The notes beneath the pieces are model-generated. The model had not been told where the DNA came from. It saw nothing but the letters and a program-made list of their open reading frames with translations, and did not search any database. This document shows, in pieces, positions 38,083 through 50,429 of a stretch of DNA of 64,000 nucleotides. The DNA lies in the NCBI GenBank assembly GCA_965178125.1, contig OZ237761.1, forward strand, positions 186,001 through 250,000, given 5' to 3'. Made by a program: the position numbers and the translations under genes. Within the stretch, counting starts at the first letter, position 1. Every line of letters begins with the position of its first letter. Source of the DNA: Bilabrum cf. latius. Lineage: Eukaryota.

Positions 38083-39458
38083 TAAGAGGTCAATATTAAC
38101 CACTTCACAACATCTTAAGCCGTAGTCCTTCATAATGTCCTTCACTTGAACATAATAATTTAATAGCTATTTATTCATATATCTACCTAATTTAATACCT
38201 TCGCGCCGTTAATGTCTATCTGTTAGACCTTTACTTTACTTAATCTGTTGAGTGAATCCCTAGCCTAAGTCTTAGGATATGCCCGCCCGAAATTGCGGAA
38301 ATATATAGTCATTTAAGAATATATGTTCGCAATTCTGGGCGCGTAGGTGTATTGAGTTTTATATTATGATTTGGTTTTAAGTATCAATTGACATTTACCA
38401 CTTTAGAAAATAACTAAATAAATACTTAAAGAGATTGACAGAAGTATTAAAGTCTTTTTAATACTTCCAATGAAAAATTTAAATTAATAAATAAAACTAA
38501 ACTAATATATCAACTTAATTTATCTCTTTTTTTATTACTTGTCAATCTATACTTAAATAATTGAATATTTAAATATAACTAGAAGGAGATATTAATCACT
38601 TTATAAAGTCTTTTATATGTCATCTCTTCAAAACTTCAAATATAAGGGTATCCCCTTAAAAATACATTCTTTTATCTATCGCCCGAAATTGCGGTAATAT
38701 TATAGCTATTCAAGATATATTTCTGCAATTCTGGGCGCGTAGGTGTATTGATTTTTATTTTTCATAATTCTTTAAATATGTTAAAGTCCTTTGTTTGAGT
38801 ATATGATATAAAGGAATACAAAGCGGGATAACTTAAAAATGATAAATGTTTTGACGATGACTTTAAAATGACTCAATGAACTGGTTTATGTCAAGTGTAT
38901 TACTTTGAAATGATTAATCACTAGATTAAATGGAAAATATAGGATAATAAAATATGGTATAGTATAATACTAGCGCCCGAAATTGCGGTAATATATTAGG
39001 ATATTAAGATATATTGTCGCAATTCTGGGCGCGTAGGTGTATTGAGTTTTATATTTTGTTAATTTTGACATAGTTATCTTATAGAGGTGTAATTTTGTAA
39101 TAAAGATATTTCTAGTATGTGCTATATTAAATGTCCAGAAATGACGGCCCGAAATTGCGGTAATATATTAGGATATTAAGATATATTGTCGCAATTCTGG
39201 GCGCTTAGGTGTCTTCAATAATTAATAATCAACTACTTCTTTATTTTGATTAATTTTTTTGACTTACCGTTCATTTTATTGACCACTTAACGGGATATCA
39301 CAAAAAGACTTAACCACTTGACGAGATATTTTAAAATAACTAATAATAAATATGACCGCCCCAAATTGCGGAAATATATAAGTATCAAGAAAATTATGTT
39401 TGCAATTCTGGGCGCTCACCCGTATTCAATTTTACATATTCACTAAGTCATACCACTT
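37982..39458 (+). repeat. Left terminal inverted repeat (~1477 bp)
   Basis: Near-identical reverse complement of 59954-61431, except for the terminal 101 bp, which is in direct orientation. Confidence 0.95.
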
Positions 39459-39485
39459 ATTTTAAGTCATTTTCTAGTTTAAAAA

Positions 39486-39518
39486 ACTTAAAGATTTATC
39501 TAGTATATTACTATAGTA
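39486..39518 (+). promoter_or_regulatory. Putative viral promoter class 1: ACTTAAA about 33-48 nt upstream of ATG
   Basis: Recurs at 39486, 39723 and 39968, and on the minus strand upstream of 59189 and 46797. Confidence 0.55.
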
Positions 39519-39728
39519 ATGCCAGATATTAAAGATGTATTAAAATAGGTTCAAGACATTATGGAAGATTATCAAAGACTCAAGGAATAGGAGACCAAAA
39601 AGAAAGAAGCTATTAAAAAAGCTAAATAGAAATATTACCAAAAGAATCAAGAGAAATGGAAGGGGTACTATTAGAAGAGAAAACAGGTTAAGGATGAACC
39701 AGATACAGAAGGATTAAATAAGACTTAA
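39519..39728 (+). CDS. Small basic viral protein (69 aa, 4 in-frame TAG)
   Basis: MPDIKDVLK*VQDIMEDYQRLKE*ETKKKEAIKKAK*KYYQKNQEKWKGYY*KRK..., ends at TAA. Confidence 0.75.
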
Positions 39729-39760
39729 AAATATATTCTATTATTATAGTATTATTAATA

Positions 39761-39973
39761 ATGGATTTAATAGATACCAAATCAAATAATCAAGTTATCA
39801 ATAAACCAATACATCAATTACAAGACTTACCAATAGAGTTTCAAGAGACTATAAGTTATTTACTAATCGGGAAATCCCCAGCAGAAATTGAAAAATTTAA
39901 AAATACTCTAGTTGTGCGCGAAAATCCATCTCAATCCTTTAAGCCAAAATAGTGCGTCTAGAAAATGACTTAA
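39761..39973 (+). CDS. Small viral hypothetical protein (70 aa)
   Basis: Track ORF extended through two TAGs to TAA 39971-39973. Confidence 0.6.
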
Positions 39974-40003
39974 AAAATTATCTTTAGTATAGTATATACT
40001 AGA

Positions 40004-42802
40004 ATGACGACCGAACACATATCTAACCCTGTTTATTTCTCAATAGCTCACAACTCTAAACAACCACTTATTAAGTCTTGGTAGAATTTGGAATCTACTA
40101 AACTTATCACCAGAAAGTCAAATCTTAATGTTGGATTACTTACTGGAAGACGTGCAGGTTTCTTTGTCCTTGACTTAGATTGTGAAAAAGAGAAAAATAA
40201 AACTGAATTTCAAAATGGTAAGTTTATTGCGGAATATGGTAGTGTTGATAAGTTTATTCAAGAGATGAATACTTACACTGTCAAGTCTCCCAATGGATAT
40301 CATTTGTATTTTAAGTATGAAGAAGAGTTTAGTAAGAGGTCAGTAAATAGAAAAGAACATATAGATGTGATCACAAATGATAGCTTTATCATGTGTCCTC
40401 CTAGCTCTATCAACGGTAAGAAATACGAACTAATACAAAAGACATCCGTGAAAAGAATACCAACTGACGTCAAGATGTTCATACTACAAAATATCTATTC
40501 ACCACAACTTACAGCTGAAGACTACCGTTATATGATTAAACCCGAAGAATACAAACAATACTTATATCAATTAGGTAAAGAGTATTATTCTAATTCATAT
40601 AACTGGCATCTAGTTTGTAGAGCTACAAGTTATATCGCTAAATACTTAAATCCAGTAGATGGTAATAAGGTATATGATATATTTGATGAATGGAGCAAAC
40701 AAGACGTAGAAAGCTATTAGTCGACTAAGAACAAGATAATTTTTACTCGATTATTACAAAATTCCACTTTTCAATGTGTTGAATGGTTCTTTAACTAGTT
40801 AGATAGTGAAAAGAAACGACTTAGCCTATATTATCGATACAAGATATTCAAGAATAAAGTAGTCAAGAAAGTCAATTAGAAGATTGACCGTAGATATTTG
40901 ACTGCTGACGACAAAGGTCGTTATATTAAATTCTTTAAGAAAGGTATCAACTATGCCGTTAAGTCGGGGGCTGGTTCTGGAAAGACAACTGCTGCTAATG
41001 ATTTATTTAATAGAGTAGATGACAGCTTTTTATCAGTTGTTAGTCGTATTTTATTAGGTAAGCAATAGATGCGTAGTCTTCCAAAATCAACTAAATTCTA
41101 TCAAGACCATAAATACAAATAGGGTGATAGTATTGTTATTACTCCTGAAAGTATTGTTAGTCTTAGCAATTATAACTTTAAGGATTATATTGTCTTTTTA
41201 GATGAGTTTAATAGTATCTTAGAACACTGTTTAAGTTCTACGACTTTATATGGTAGGCGACCAATGAGTTTCATTACTCTTATTCGTGCTCTTACCACTT
41301 GTAAGTAGTTCATAGTAGCAGATGCTGACTTATCTCAAGATGCTCTATATTTCTTAGAATTATTAAAATTAGATTATCAATATATTAGGAATGACAGAAA
41401 CAGGTTCAAGGGCACCAAAACTGTATTTGTTAATGACGAACAGACTTTTAGAGATGAGTTAATGAAACACAAGAAATTTATGCTTGCTAGTGATAGTAAG
41501 ACAAAAGCTGATATAATCAATGAGTTAATTAGTCTTAAAATTATAGATAACGAGAAAGATAAGAAATTAAATAAAATCTTAATACTTACAGCAGAAAGCG
41601 AAGACAAAGACTATGATATGGATTTGTTTGATATCATTATCTTCTCACCTAAAGTCATTTACGGGATAGATAGCACTATGACTAGACCAGTCTTTGGTTA
41701 TTTCAAAGGTCATACTATCACACCTCCCCAAATGGTTCAATAGCTTAACAGATGTAGAAACCCATCACATATCACTATATTTTTTGATTACTAGAAAGGA
41801 CGATCTAGCACATATGAAAGTCTTTCACAAGTTAAATCTTTTATGGCTACCTCTTTAAAAGACTACGAAGAATTAGTTAAATTTGTCAGTGATACATATC
41901 CCGACTTCAACGAGGTAGAAGTAGAAGACAAAGTAGAAGAAGAAATGAGCAAAGTTAAAATCATATTCAAGAAACTATATCGTAATTATCTTTACAAGGT
42001 AGATTGTTATAAGACAAACCCTAAATTACATATGATCAAGTAGTTAATTGATACCGGTTATGACGTGTCTTATGATTTATCTGTTAAGATCACCAGATGT
42101 AAGGATAAAGAAATCAAAGATACCATTAAAGAAAAACAACTTGAAAATTTTGATATTAATTGTCTTAATGTCAAGAAGATTAATAAATATTTAGACTTAG
42201 ATGAAGGTGATATTGACAAATACAAAGAGTACTTTATTAATAAAGGTAAGTTATCTAATTTATTTAATTTCAATAAATTCTTTAGACAAGATGATAAGCA
42301 CTTACTTGTGAAAGCAATTAATAAAGGCGAGTTTGATATTATCAATGCTAAGTCTAGTTCTAGAAAATTAGTCTTACTTAATAAGATGATTGATACTTTA
42401 GGTCTTAAAAGAACTAATCTTGATTATAATATCAAAAAGAAAGTATTAGATCAAGACTTAACAGATGAATATAGGACAGTGTATGACTGCCAAAGAAGAA
42501 GTAAAGTTGACTTATCCACTGATAAAGGTCTTTATTACGAAATACTTAAAGTATATAAATCAATGTTTGGGAAAGACATATTTATGACTTGTAAGAAAAA
42601 GAAAATTAACTATGATGTAGAATTTAATTAGGATATTATTGATGAGATGGAATATATCTGGTCTAACAAGAAAAAGACTCGTGAAGTAGATATATTTGTT
42701 GATGATGAAGAGGTTCAATTACCCGATGAAGAGATAGAGGTTGACTTAGACCCCGCTTTATTTGTTGATGAGGATAATGATCCACTAGAACAACAAAATT
42801 AA
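40004..42802 (+). CDS. Bifunctional primase-polymerase (AEP) fused to a UL9/origin-binding-protein-like SF2 helicase, 932 aa
   Basis: KQPLIKSW*, NVGLLTG...FVLDLD and GYHLYF (PrimPol); PriCT-like IFDEWSK; KSGAGSGKTT, FLDEFNS, ADADLS, FSPKVIYGID and VQ*LNRCR helicase motifs; 11 in-frame TAG and no TAA/TGA until 42800. Confidence 0.85.
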
Positions 42803-42864
42803 ATTATGACTTATTAATAAAAAACTTAATAAGACTTAATAATACATACCTTATATAAAATGAC

Positions 42865-43215
42865 TTAGTGGTCTCTTTTTGTCTTTTTAATTTTTTCTTC
42901 TCTCTTCTTCCTTTCACATTCACTTCTTTCAACACGATACATCAGCTCCTAGACGTGTTTCACTTGCTCTTCATATTCTAACTGTTCCAATGTACTTTCG
43001 AGTTTCTTGATAATATTGTCGAATTTAAAACTAAAGACATTCTAACGATAACCATCACCTTTGTCTTTTGGTTTCATCCATACATATTTATCAAAGTGAT
43101 TCTCAATACTTTTACCTATACTACTGACTACATCATCGACACCTACACCTTTAACAAGACATTCATCTATAAAATTTTGAGATAGTTCAATTTTGATATC
43201 TTCTTTATCTGACAT
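42865..43215 (-). CDS. Small viral protein, MSDK family paralog A (116 aa)
   Basis: ATG after the shared promoter block, 2 in-frame TAG, ends at TAA. Confidence 0.7.
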
Positions 43216-43246
43216 TACTATATATATAGTGGATATTTTTTGGCGA
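43216..43246 (-). promoter_or_regulatory. Putative viral promoter class 2: CGCCAAAA..TATC..CTATATATATAG just before ATG
   Basis: Repeated upstream of ATGs at 43215, 44158, 44723 and 58295, and partially at 58615 and 55709. Confidence 0.65.
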
Positions 43247-43384
43247 AAGTAATAAACTAGTCTTAAGATATGACCGCCCGAAATTGCGGTAATATTATAG
43301 CTATTTAAGATATATTTCCGCAATTCTGGGCGCGTAGGTGTATTGAATTTTTAAATTTATTTGAATATAATATTTTTTACCTCT

Positions 43385-43706
43385 TGGTGCGTTGTGGTCT
43401 TGGTCTAGTGATATCGTGATTGTTTCACAAAGTCAAGGTCGTGGGTTCGATTCCCACCACTGACATCGCCGTAAGTCGTTCTGTAAGTCATTTTCATGAC
43501 AAAGCACACGTCTTGCAAGTCTTTGAAGGGAGTTTGGATACTGTAGAAGTAGTCGTAAGTGGTTGTAGCAGACTTAGTCGTAAGACTTAATAGGGATAGC
43601 GGTCCACAGCTGACATTCGCATCTCCGCTACAACAATGACTTACGAATGACTTCGCCAAGTAGTCAAACCATCGGTATAATTACTAGCTCAAAGAAATTT
43701 TTTTTT
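43385..43706 (+). ncRNA. Candidate Pol III-type structured RNA: tRNA-like 5' domain, long hairpin and T9 terminator
   Basis: A-box TGGTCTAGTG 43401-43410; AGGTC variable loop; T-arm GTGGG-TTCGATT-CCCAC 43441-43457; nested helices 43520-43695; T9 at 43698-43706; locally raised GC. Confidence 0.6.
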
Positions 43707-43768
43707 ATTACATAGATATGACTTAATATTAATAACTTTAATATTAAGACTTTATTATTAAGACTTAA

Positions 43769-44158
43769 TTATGACATATGTTTTTTATATTCTTTAACAC
43801 TCCTATCCATAGCATCCAGAATCATTTGTCTGTGATCTTCTTCAGTTAATGGTCTTCTTTTCCTGTTGCTATCACTTAACTTACAATGAACGTATCCCAT
43901 AATCGCGTCTTGTCTTTCATCAGTTAAGTCTTTAAGTAATTCAAAAACTTGATTTGCTTTATAGTCGGTCGTGTATGAGAACTCCATCATTCCATCTTTT
44001 GGAGTCGGTTGACCTATTTGTCTTAACACTATCTCATTTCCTTCTATCTTACTTGTGATTTTTCCACATAACATCTTACCTATTCCATCCCAATCAAGGT
44101 TTACACTTGATACAAGACTTTGAGAAAACGATATTTTTAAATCTACTTTATCTGACAT
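43769..44158 (-). CDS. Small viral protein, MSDK family paralog B (129 aa)
   Basis: True ATG follows the duplicated promoter block; ends at TAA. Confidence 0.75.
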   Translation of the reverse strand: MSDKVDLKISFSQSLVSSVNLDWDGIGKMLCGKITSKIEGNEIVLRQIGQPTPKDGMMEFSYTTDYKANQVFELLKDLTDERQDAIMGYVHCKLSDSNRKRRPLTEEDHRQMILDAMDRSVKEYKKHMS

Positions 44159-44300
44159 TACTATATATATAGTGGATATTTTTTGGCGAAAGTAATAAAC
44201 TAGTCTTAAGATATGACCGCCCGAAATTGCGGTAATATTATAGCTATTTAAGATATATTTCCGCAATTCTGGGCGCGTACCCGTATTGAGTTTTTAATAA

Positions 44301-44723
44301 TTAATCCATATTAGGGGGTTTCTTATACAAGATAGCAGGGTCGCATCCATTTGTTGGAAAGTCTGCTGGATACCACCCCCATACTACTTTATAAATATCT
44401 GTGCTCGTGTCGTGTTCAACTTTATGATAAAAAATACAATCATAATGAATACCATTCTAATTACGCACCTCTTGCTCCATCTCTTCAATTATCTATCCTA
44501 CCTTTAACTTTGTAAAGCCTCCTTCACTTACATATGTCTTTATATGACCTCTATTATTTACTTGTATCTAATCTTTATCTATTACAATGTCTTCAGGATC
44601 TCCTTCAAGTTCATCATCTAAGTAAACCTTTTGAGATTTAAGTGTTGGGTCTTCTCTATGTGGTAAGAATAAGAATGAATACTCCATATAAAGTAAGTCT
44701 TCACACGGTGATACTGCTGCCAT
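44301..44723 (-). CDS. Viral hypothetical protein (140 aa, 3 in-frame TAG)
   Basis: MAAVSPCEDLLYMEY...KKPPNMD-TAA; same promoter block; absent from the ORF track. Confidence 0.7.
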
Positions 44724-44910
44724 AACTATATATATAGTGGATATTTTTTGGCGTAATATTTAAACTAGTCTTAAGGTATGACCGCCCCAAATTGCGGTAA
44801 TATTATAGCTATTCAAGATATATTTTCGCAATTCTGGGCGCGTACCCGTATTGAGTTTTTAAATTTAGTCAATATTTATAACTTTTAAATATTAATTAAT
44901 AATTTACGAC

Positions 44911-46797
44911 TCACATATTGAGCTACTTTCTAAGTTTCATAAGTTGAGCCTTAGTTAATTTCTTACCTCCACTGGTCAAAAGACTTCCACCACTAGTTAA
45001 AAGACCTGCTCCAACACGTTCAGCTAGGTCATTCACTTCATCGGGTAAGTATTCACTTACTGCTTGTCTTGCTTTACGAAGAGCTGGTTTCACTTTATCA
45101 AATTTAGCTTTAGCTTTCTTTCCAAAGTCTACCACTTTACGTCCTAAGTCTTTAGCTTTGTTAAAGGCTCTCTTAAAGAATTGCATCACTTTACGACGTC
45201 TTCCACCTAATACGTTCTTAGAGTAGTTCATATTAGAAAATGTATAATTAGAAGGTTTAGCCACTTTCTCAGGGTCAACAGAAGCACTATCTTCACGCCA
45301 TTCAATAGCGGCACCTCTAGTATTCACGATAATCTTGTCATAGGCACAGAATAATTGAGCTTTATATCCTTGAGACATAGCAGCGGTTGGGGGTTCGTCA
45401 TAGGCTACTTGAACACGAATACTAATAGGGTCAGCACTGTTGCTTTGAATAGTTTCAGGAGTATTTAAATCACTAAGTCTAAATAAGAGCCAGCCATTAG
45501 ATCCGTATACTTTAGAAGCACCTCCTACAGTTACATCTAAGTTAGTAAAAGAAGCATACTCACTATTTGATCCATTTCTTTCACTAAGTCTAAAGATATC
45601 GTCTTGTGTAAGTTCTCCTAAAATAGAACCCTAAGACCTAAGTTGTACTTTAATATTGTTAATGGCAAGTGTTCTATGAGGTGTACCACTAGCTTCTCCA
45701 TATTGAGAATCAACTAAGCACACAGCAAACCAAGAAGGGCAAGTCTAAAGTTGATAATTATTAAAAGTATGGACACCTTTAGTAGTGATAGGATTATCAA
45801 GTTTAGGCTCTTCATGTAGTTCAAAGTCAACAGAGTTGTAGAATATTTGTTTAGGTACTTTCTTCAAGAAGTTAAGATGAGTATTATAAGTAAAGACATC
45901 AAAATGGATCTAGCAATCGGATAAAGCAAAAGCATAGTCTCCATTCCAATCACTTGAAGTATTAAACATCTTATCAATTAAGTTATTTCTCATTTGTAAA
46001 TTAACATTTAATTGTGGATGATCAACAAAAGGTCTAGCATTACCACCCATCATATATTGGAAAGGACGTGCAAGAAGTGCTTCAGAGATTTCAATATGTA
46101 ATTTGACATAGTCTTGAGTTGGTGTTACATTATTATTAGGTATTGGAGTATTAGCATCCACTTTTTCAAGTGTTGCGCGGTAATTCTTACCAGGACCGCG
46201 AGCTTCCATAATACTATCATCATTTACACCCCATTGAAGGACAGACTTAGCAAGACCATTTGCGGCAGTATTAAATTCCCAAGTGTTATCAGCCTAAAAG
46301 ACAGGACTTATTTGTGCTAGAGTGGCACGGTCAAGACTTCTAGCTATTAAATTGACTAATTGATAAGGTGATGAACTACGAGATAAGTCTCCCATTTTAA
46401 CTGTGGAACTTGTGATCATTGAATTTACCATAAATGTAGAAGGGGCTACCTTATTGACGATATCAGTTTGAGCTACTGCTCCATTGTTCTAACTATCATA
46501 GATGTATACGTCAAATGAAACTCTTAGACGGGGATTACTGTCAGTCATTCCTTGATTTGATGGCACTACGAAAGTATAATTACTTCTAAATGCATTAGTT
46601 GCGCTAGAGTTACCACCATCTGGTTCGTAGTGATTTTGAAACTTGGAAGAGTATCCAAGGGTAGTTCCTAGAGTAATAGCTTGACTATCACCCACAAAGT
46701 TGAGTTTTTCGTCAGCTATTTGAGTTACTGGTAGTTCTGAGACGTCATCTACGACTTTGCTTTGTGCTGCTACAGGTACATTATCCATATCAGACAT
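44911..46797 (-). CDS. Virophage major capsid protein (double jelly-roll), 628 aa
   Basis: Three same-frame track ORFs joined by TAG; size, position after the penton, beta-rich sequence, and a basic C-terminal tail after VLGG with LLTSGG repeats. Confidence 0.85.
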
Positions 46798-46839
46798 TAT
46801 AAATATATTAAGACTAAAGATATTTATTTATTTTTTACT

Positions 46840-47766
46840 TTAAGTTATTAACTTTTTACTTTTAAATAGAGCTTTTATATTAAGTCCTTGTCCAAAAGTA
46901 AAGGGTATTTCGTATAAGTTTCCAAAAGTATCTCTAAAATACGGTACTATACTATAACTATTAAATGCTGATCTATAGAACTATTGCCATCTATGATTTC
47001 CTCCACTACTAAAGTTTATTTTAATAAAACTCGTTCCTGTTGTATTGTCTATCTTGAAATCACTTAAGATATTTTCACTTTGTATCTCTGTACTAGATGT
47101 ACTTTTATATGATGGCGTAAATTCTGGAAGTATTGGAAGTGATGGACTAATAATTTGAATATACTCCATAGTAGGAAACTAATCTAAGGTAGAAGCACTC
47201 TATTCATTATATCCATCTAATAGATTTATATAAGTATCACTCTTGATGTCTTTACCTTCATCGTCATATTCAAATGTCTCAAAGATAGAGAATAAAGGAA
47301 AGTTAAAACTTAAAGTCCACGCACTTGTAAAAGCGGCTAAACGGGTGAAACTAAATGTTTTAGTCTTACCGTGATATTCAAATACTATACTATCAGTTGG
47401 AATACTAGCATCTCCACATAAATCACTAAGAGTATTATTAAATTCATTAGATAGGGTCTTAAGACTATAATATAACGGCTTAGTTAAGACAATATTACGA
47501 GTGTAAGTAGTTCCATCACTCTTCTTCACAAACGACATCTTATAAATTGACTAATTATCGCTATTCTTTACTTCTTTACTTGCTACAAATAAAGGAATAC
47601 GACATTTAAGAGTCCATCGGTCAAGTGATAATAAGTAGTTTTGTGAATTTGTCAAGATATTACCTTGACGCTGTTCATGTATTGATACTGGTCTATTAGT
47701 ATTAATAGATGTTATAGTATCCTATGAGTTAATATAAAAGATATCTGGTTCTTGAATCTCTACCAT
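46840..47766 (-). CDS. Minor capsid (penton) protein, 308 aa
   Basis: Lies between protease and MCP; IISPSLPI..E and ILSDF motifs; single frame with TAG read-through. Confidence 0.8.
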
Positions 47767-48126
47767 TCTATAACATTTATCAAGAAAATAAGTCTTGTCT
47801 AATGCCCCAAATTGCGGTAATATTATAGCTATTTAAGATATATTTCCGCAATTCTGGGCGCGTACCCGTATTGACTTTTTAAAAAAGTTTTTATTAATTA
47901 TTTGACTCATTGAAAAAATCCAATATTCCGAAATTTTAAAAATTTAGTATCTTAAGATATAGTATAATACCAGCGCCCCAAATTGCGATAATATATTAGG
48001 ATATTAAGATATATTTCCGCAATTCTGGGCGCGTACCCGTATTCATTTTTATATTTTAGTCTTTTTAATATGGCCACCTTATAGATATCAATTTTCAATA
48101 TCTAAAAATTTATGGTATATGTCATA

Positions 48127-48675
48127 TTAACTAATTATCAAAGTAATAAGTTCATCATTATCTAGTCCTCCTCCATACTTTTTAAAAGCCTTCTTTAATT
48201 GACTATTAAACTAATCATTCGTCAAGTGATGGAATAATATCCTGAGCACACACCACCTCCCGCATGTGGCAGAGTTATTTGATATTAATTGATTCTTTTG
48301 ATTTGAATAGTCAACATTAATACCAGCATCTAATACGTGATCTATTAGAAGACTACTTCTATCATATAGCTTCTATGGGTCTATGACTCCACCTACAACT
48401 GGAATATGAGTATCAGGTAATTGACCATAACTATCCCAAAAATAAAGAGTATTCTTTGATTTGTTAAATATGACCGCAGTATAATGACCGCTCATTGTTG
48501 CTCCTTCTACTAAGTTAGGATAATAAAGGACAAATAAAGGATTTTCATCTAGAAATTGTCTGATGTTATTAGTATCACTTATTTCTTCATACATTATAAC
48601 TGGTATATGCTACTTTGTAAATGTAAAGTATAGTCTTTGTACCTCTTCAGGACTTAATGCAGTGGTTATATCCAT
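48127..48675 (-). CDS. Virion maturation cysteine protease (adenain/Ulp1-like), 182 aa
   Basis: SGHY, FWDSYG and Q...ATCGRWC catalytic motifs; the catalytic Cys lies beyond an in-frame TAG at 48373. Confidence 0.9.
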
Positions 48676-48694
48676 ATACTTAATACTAAGAAAA

Positions 48695-49762
48695 TTAATA
48701 TACGAACATCTATTTAGGACAAGTGATAAAATTATAAGTCTTATTAATACATAGCCATCTATTACCTTCTCCAAACAATTTATAAACACGATTTATAAGA
48801 CTTGCATCAAATCCTAAATATGCTTTCATTAAATATTTGCTAAATTTCCATAGATTTCTCTTAAATAAAATAATATTATGACTTTCCATGACTATTGACC
48901 TAGTATTCGCATAATCATTCGTTAAATGACTTATAACTATCATATTTGTTGAGCTATGTCTTCCAACTTCACCTATACGCTTAATTAAGAATAACGCTCT
49001 CTACTTTTTATCACCGTTTAAGGCTTCATAATCATCAAATACCACCACAGAAGGACCCTATTTTGCCCATTCTTCATACAATGGAGTAGTGGTAAATGAT
49101 GCCTTTGTCTTGTCTTTACTTGTTGGTTTCATTCTTTCTATCTCTATCTCTCTTTTAATTAATTCATGAGGTTCTAATGACTTCTTTTCCTACCTAAAGA
49201 ATATCTTTTCTTCTTTGTATTTCCTCATTAAGTCATCATAACTATCGTTTCTATCTACTGCTACTAATTTATCAATATCAATAAAATTACCATATTTTAA
49301 ATAAGTTGGATTTGTTTCCTGTACTGGTGTAATGACTAAAACCCTCTTCTTTGGAATGAACATATGATAATACTTGAGTAAAGACTTAGCAATATAAGAC
49401 TTACCAGCACCAGCCTAACCACTTAAATAGTGTATTTGTCTTTTGGTCTCATCATCAAAGAATGGGACTATTTCAAACTAACTCTTATCATCTATTCTTA
49501 ACTCGTTAGTCTTTCTAACTAGTTTTTTATTTCCATTCACTAGCTTACACATCTCTTCACGTAATGCTTTTTTATTCTTCTCATATTTAATTGCTCTCTT
49601 TCCATAATACTCTTCAAGTAAATCATCACTTATATCTTCTGGAGTTATGACTTTTTCCCCTACATCTTCACTAAAAAAGACGCTTTTGTTCCTCTTCTTG
49701 TGCTTGTATTCTCTTAAAGCAACTAAATGACTATTTGGTATTTCATCGTATGATAATGACAT
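48695..49762 (-). CDS. FtsK/HerA (A32-like) DNA packaging ATPase, 355 aa
   Basis: Walker A SG*AGAGKS with TAG inside the motif, Walker B VVVFDDYE, and GRH...IVISH. Confidence 0.9.
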
Positions 49763-49907
49763 TATATACTATATGTTAATATTTATTATTTTTCTAATAA
49801 TTAGTGGGTTCAAAAGGTATATTGTGAGAAGTAGCCATTTCAAATATTCATTTTAGAGTGCACAGTCTTAAGAATATGATTAAAATATCATATAAATATA
49901 TAGAATT

Positions 49908-50429
49908 ATGGATCACAAACTTCTAATTTCAAAAAGATATATTAAATCATTTTATAAGTACTCATGTAAAGTTAATTAGTACTATAAGAAAGCAGAAGAG
50001 TAGCGTAATATGATGACAACTGATAGAGTAGATTGCTATACTAATTATATAACTTGTCTTCTAATTGCTCGTAAGTATAGAGAATGTATTATCAATTGCA
50101 GTAAAAAGTACTATTATGATATGGATTTTACGTTAAATGATAACGGATATGTATCGTCTTCTTTTGATCACTTAAAAACATTCAACTTTGACTATGCTAA
50201 TTCAATGAAAATAAATGAATGTATAGAACAATTTAAACAATCCGTTGAGTGGGAAAGGTTATTTAAAAAAGACTTTTTTCAAATGTAGTTAATTTATGAA
50301 TATCTAAAATTTTTCAGACTTAAGTGCTATTTACATGACATACGACCAGATAATCCCCTCCATCCGACAGAAAAAGTTAATAAACTTAACGAAGAAGACA
50401 TTGACGAGCTATTTTATAGTGACTGGTGA
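49908..50429 (+). CDS. Viral hypothetical protein (173 aa)
   Basis: ATG 49908 to TGA 50427-50429 through 3 TAGs. Confidence 0.65.

Noticed and set aside
38284-39430. Repeat copies in the TIR as a CRISPR array
   Set aside because: Spacing is irregular (about 170-400 bp), internal spacers recur rather than being unique, no cas genes are present, and the context is a eukaryotic virus.
43216-43323. Identical MRKYILNSYN... N-termini of ORFs 43042..43323 and 43769..44266
   Set aside because: These are translations of the duplicated repeat and promoter; the real starts are the ATGs at 43215 and 44158.
43385-43465. Functional amber-suppressor tRNA (CUA anticodon)
   Set aside because: The CTA lies in the A-box region, not the anticodon loop, and the cloverleaf is non-canonical.
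43405-43659. Track ORF of 84 aa on the minus strand
   Set aside because: Non-ATG start, no promoter block, and it is antisense to the structured RNA candidate.
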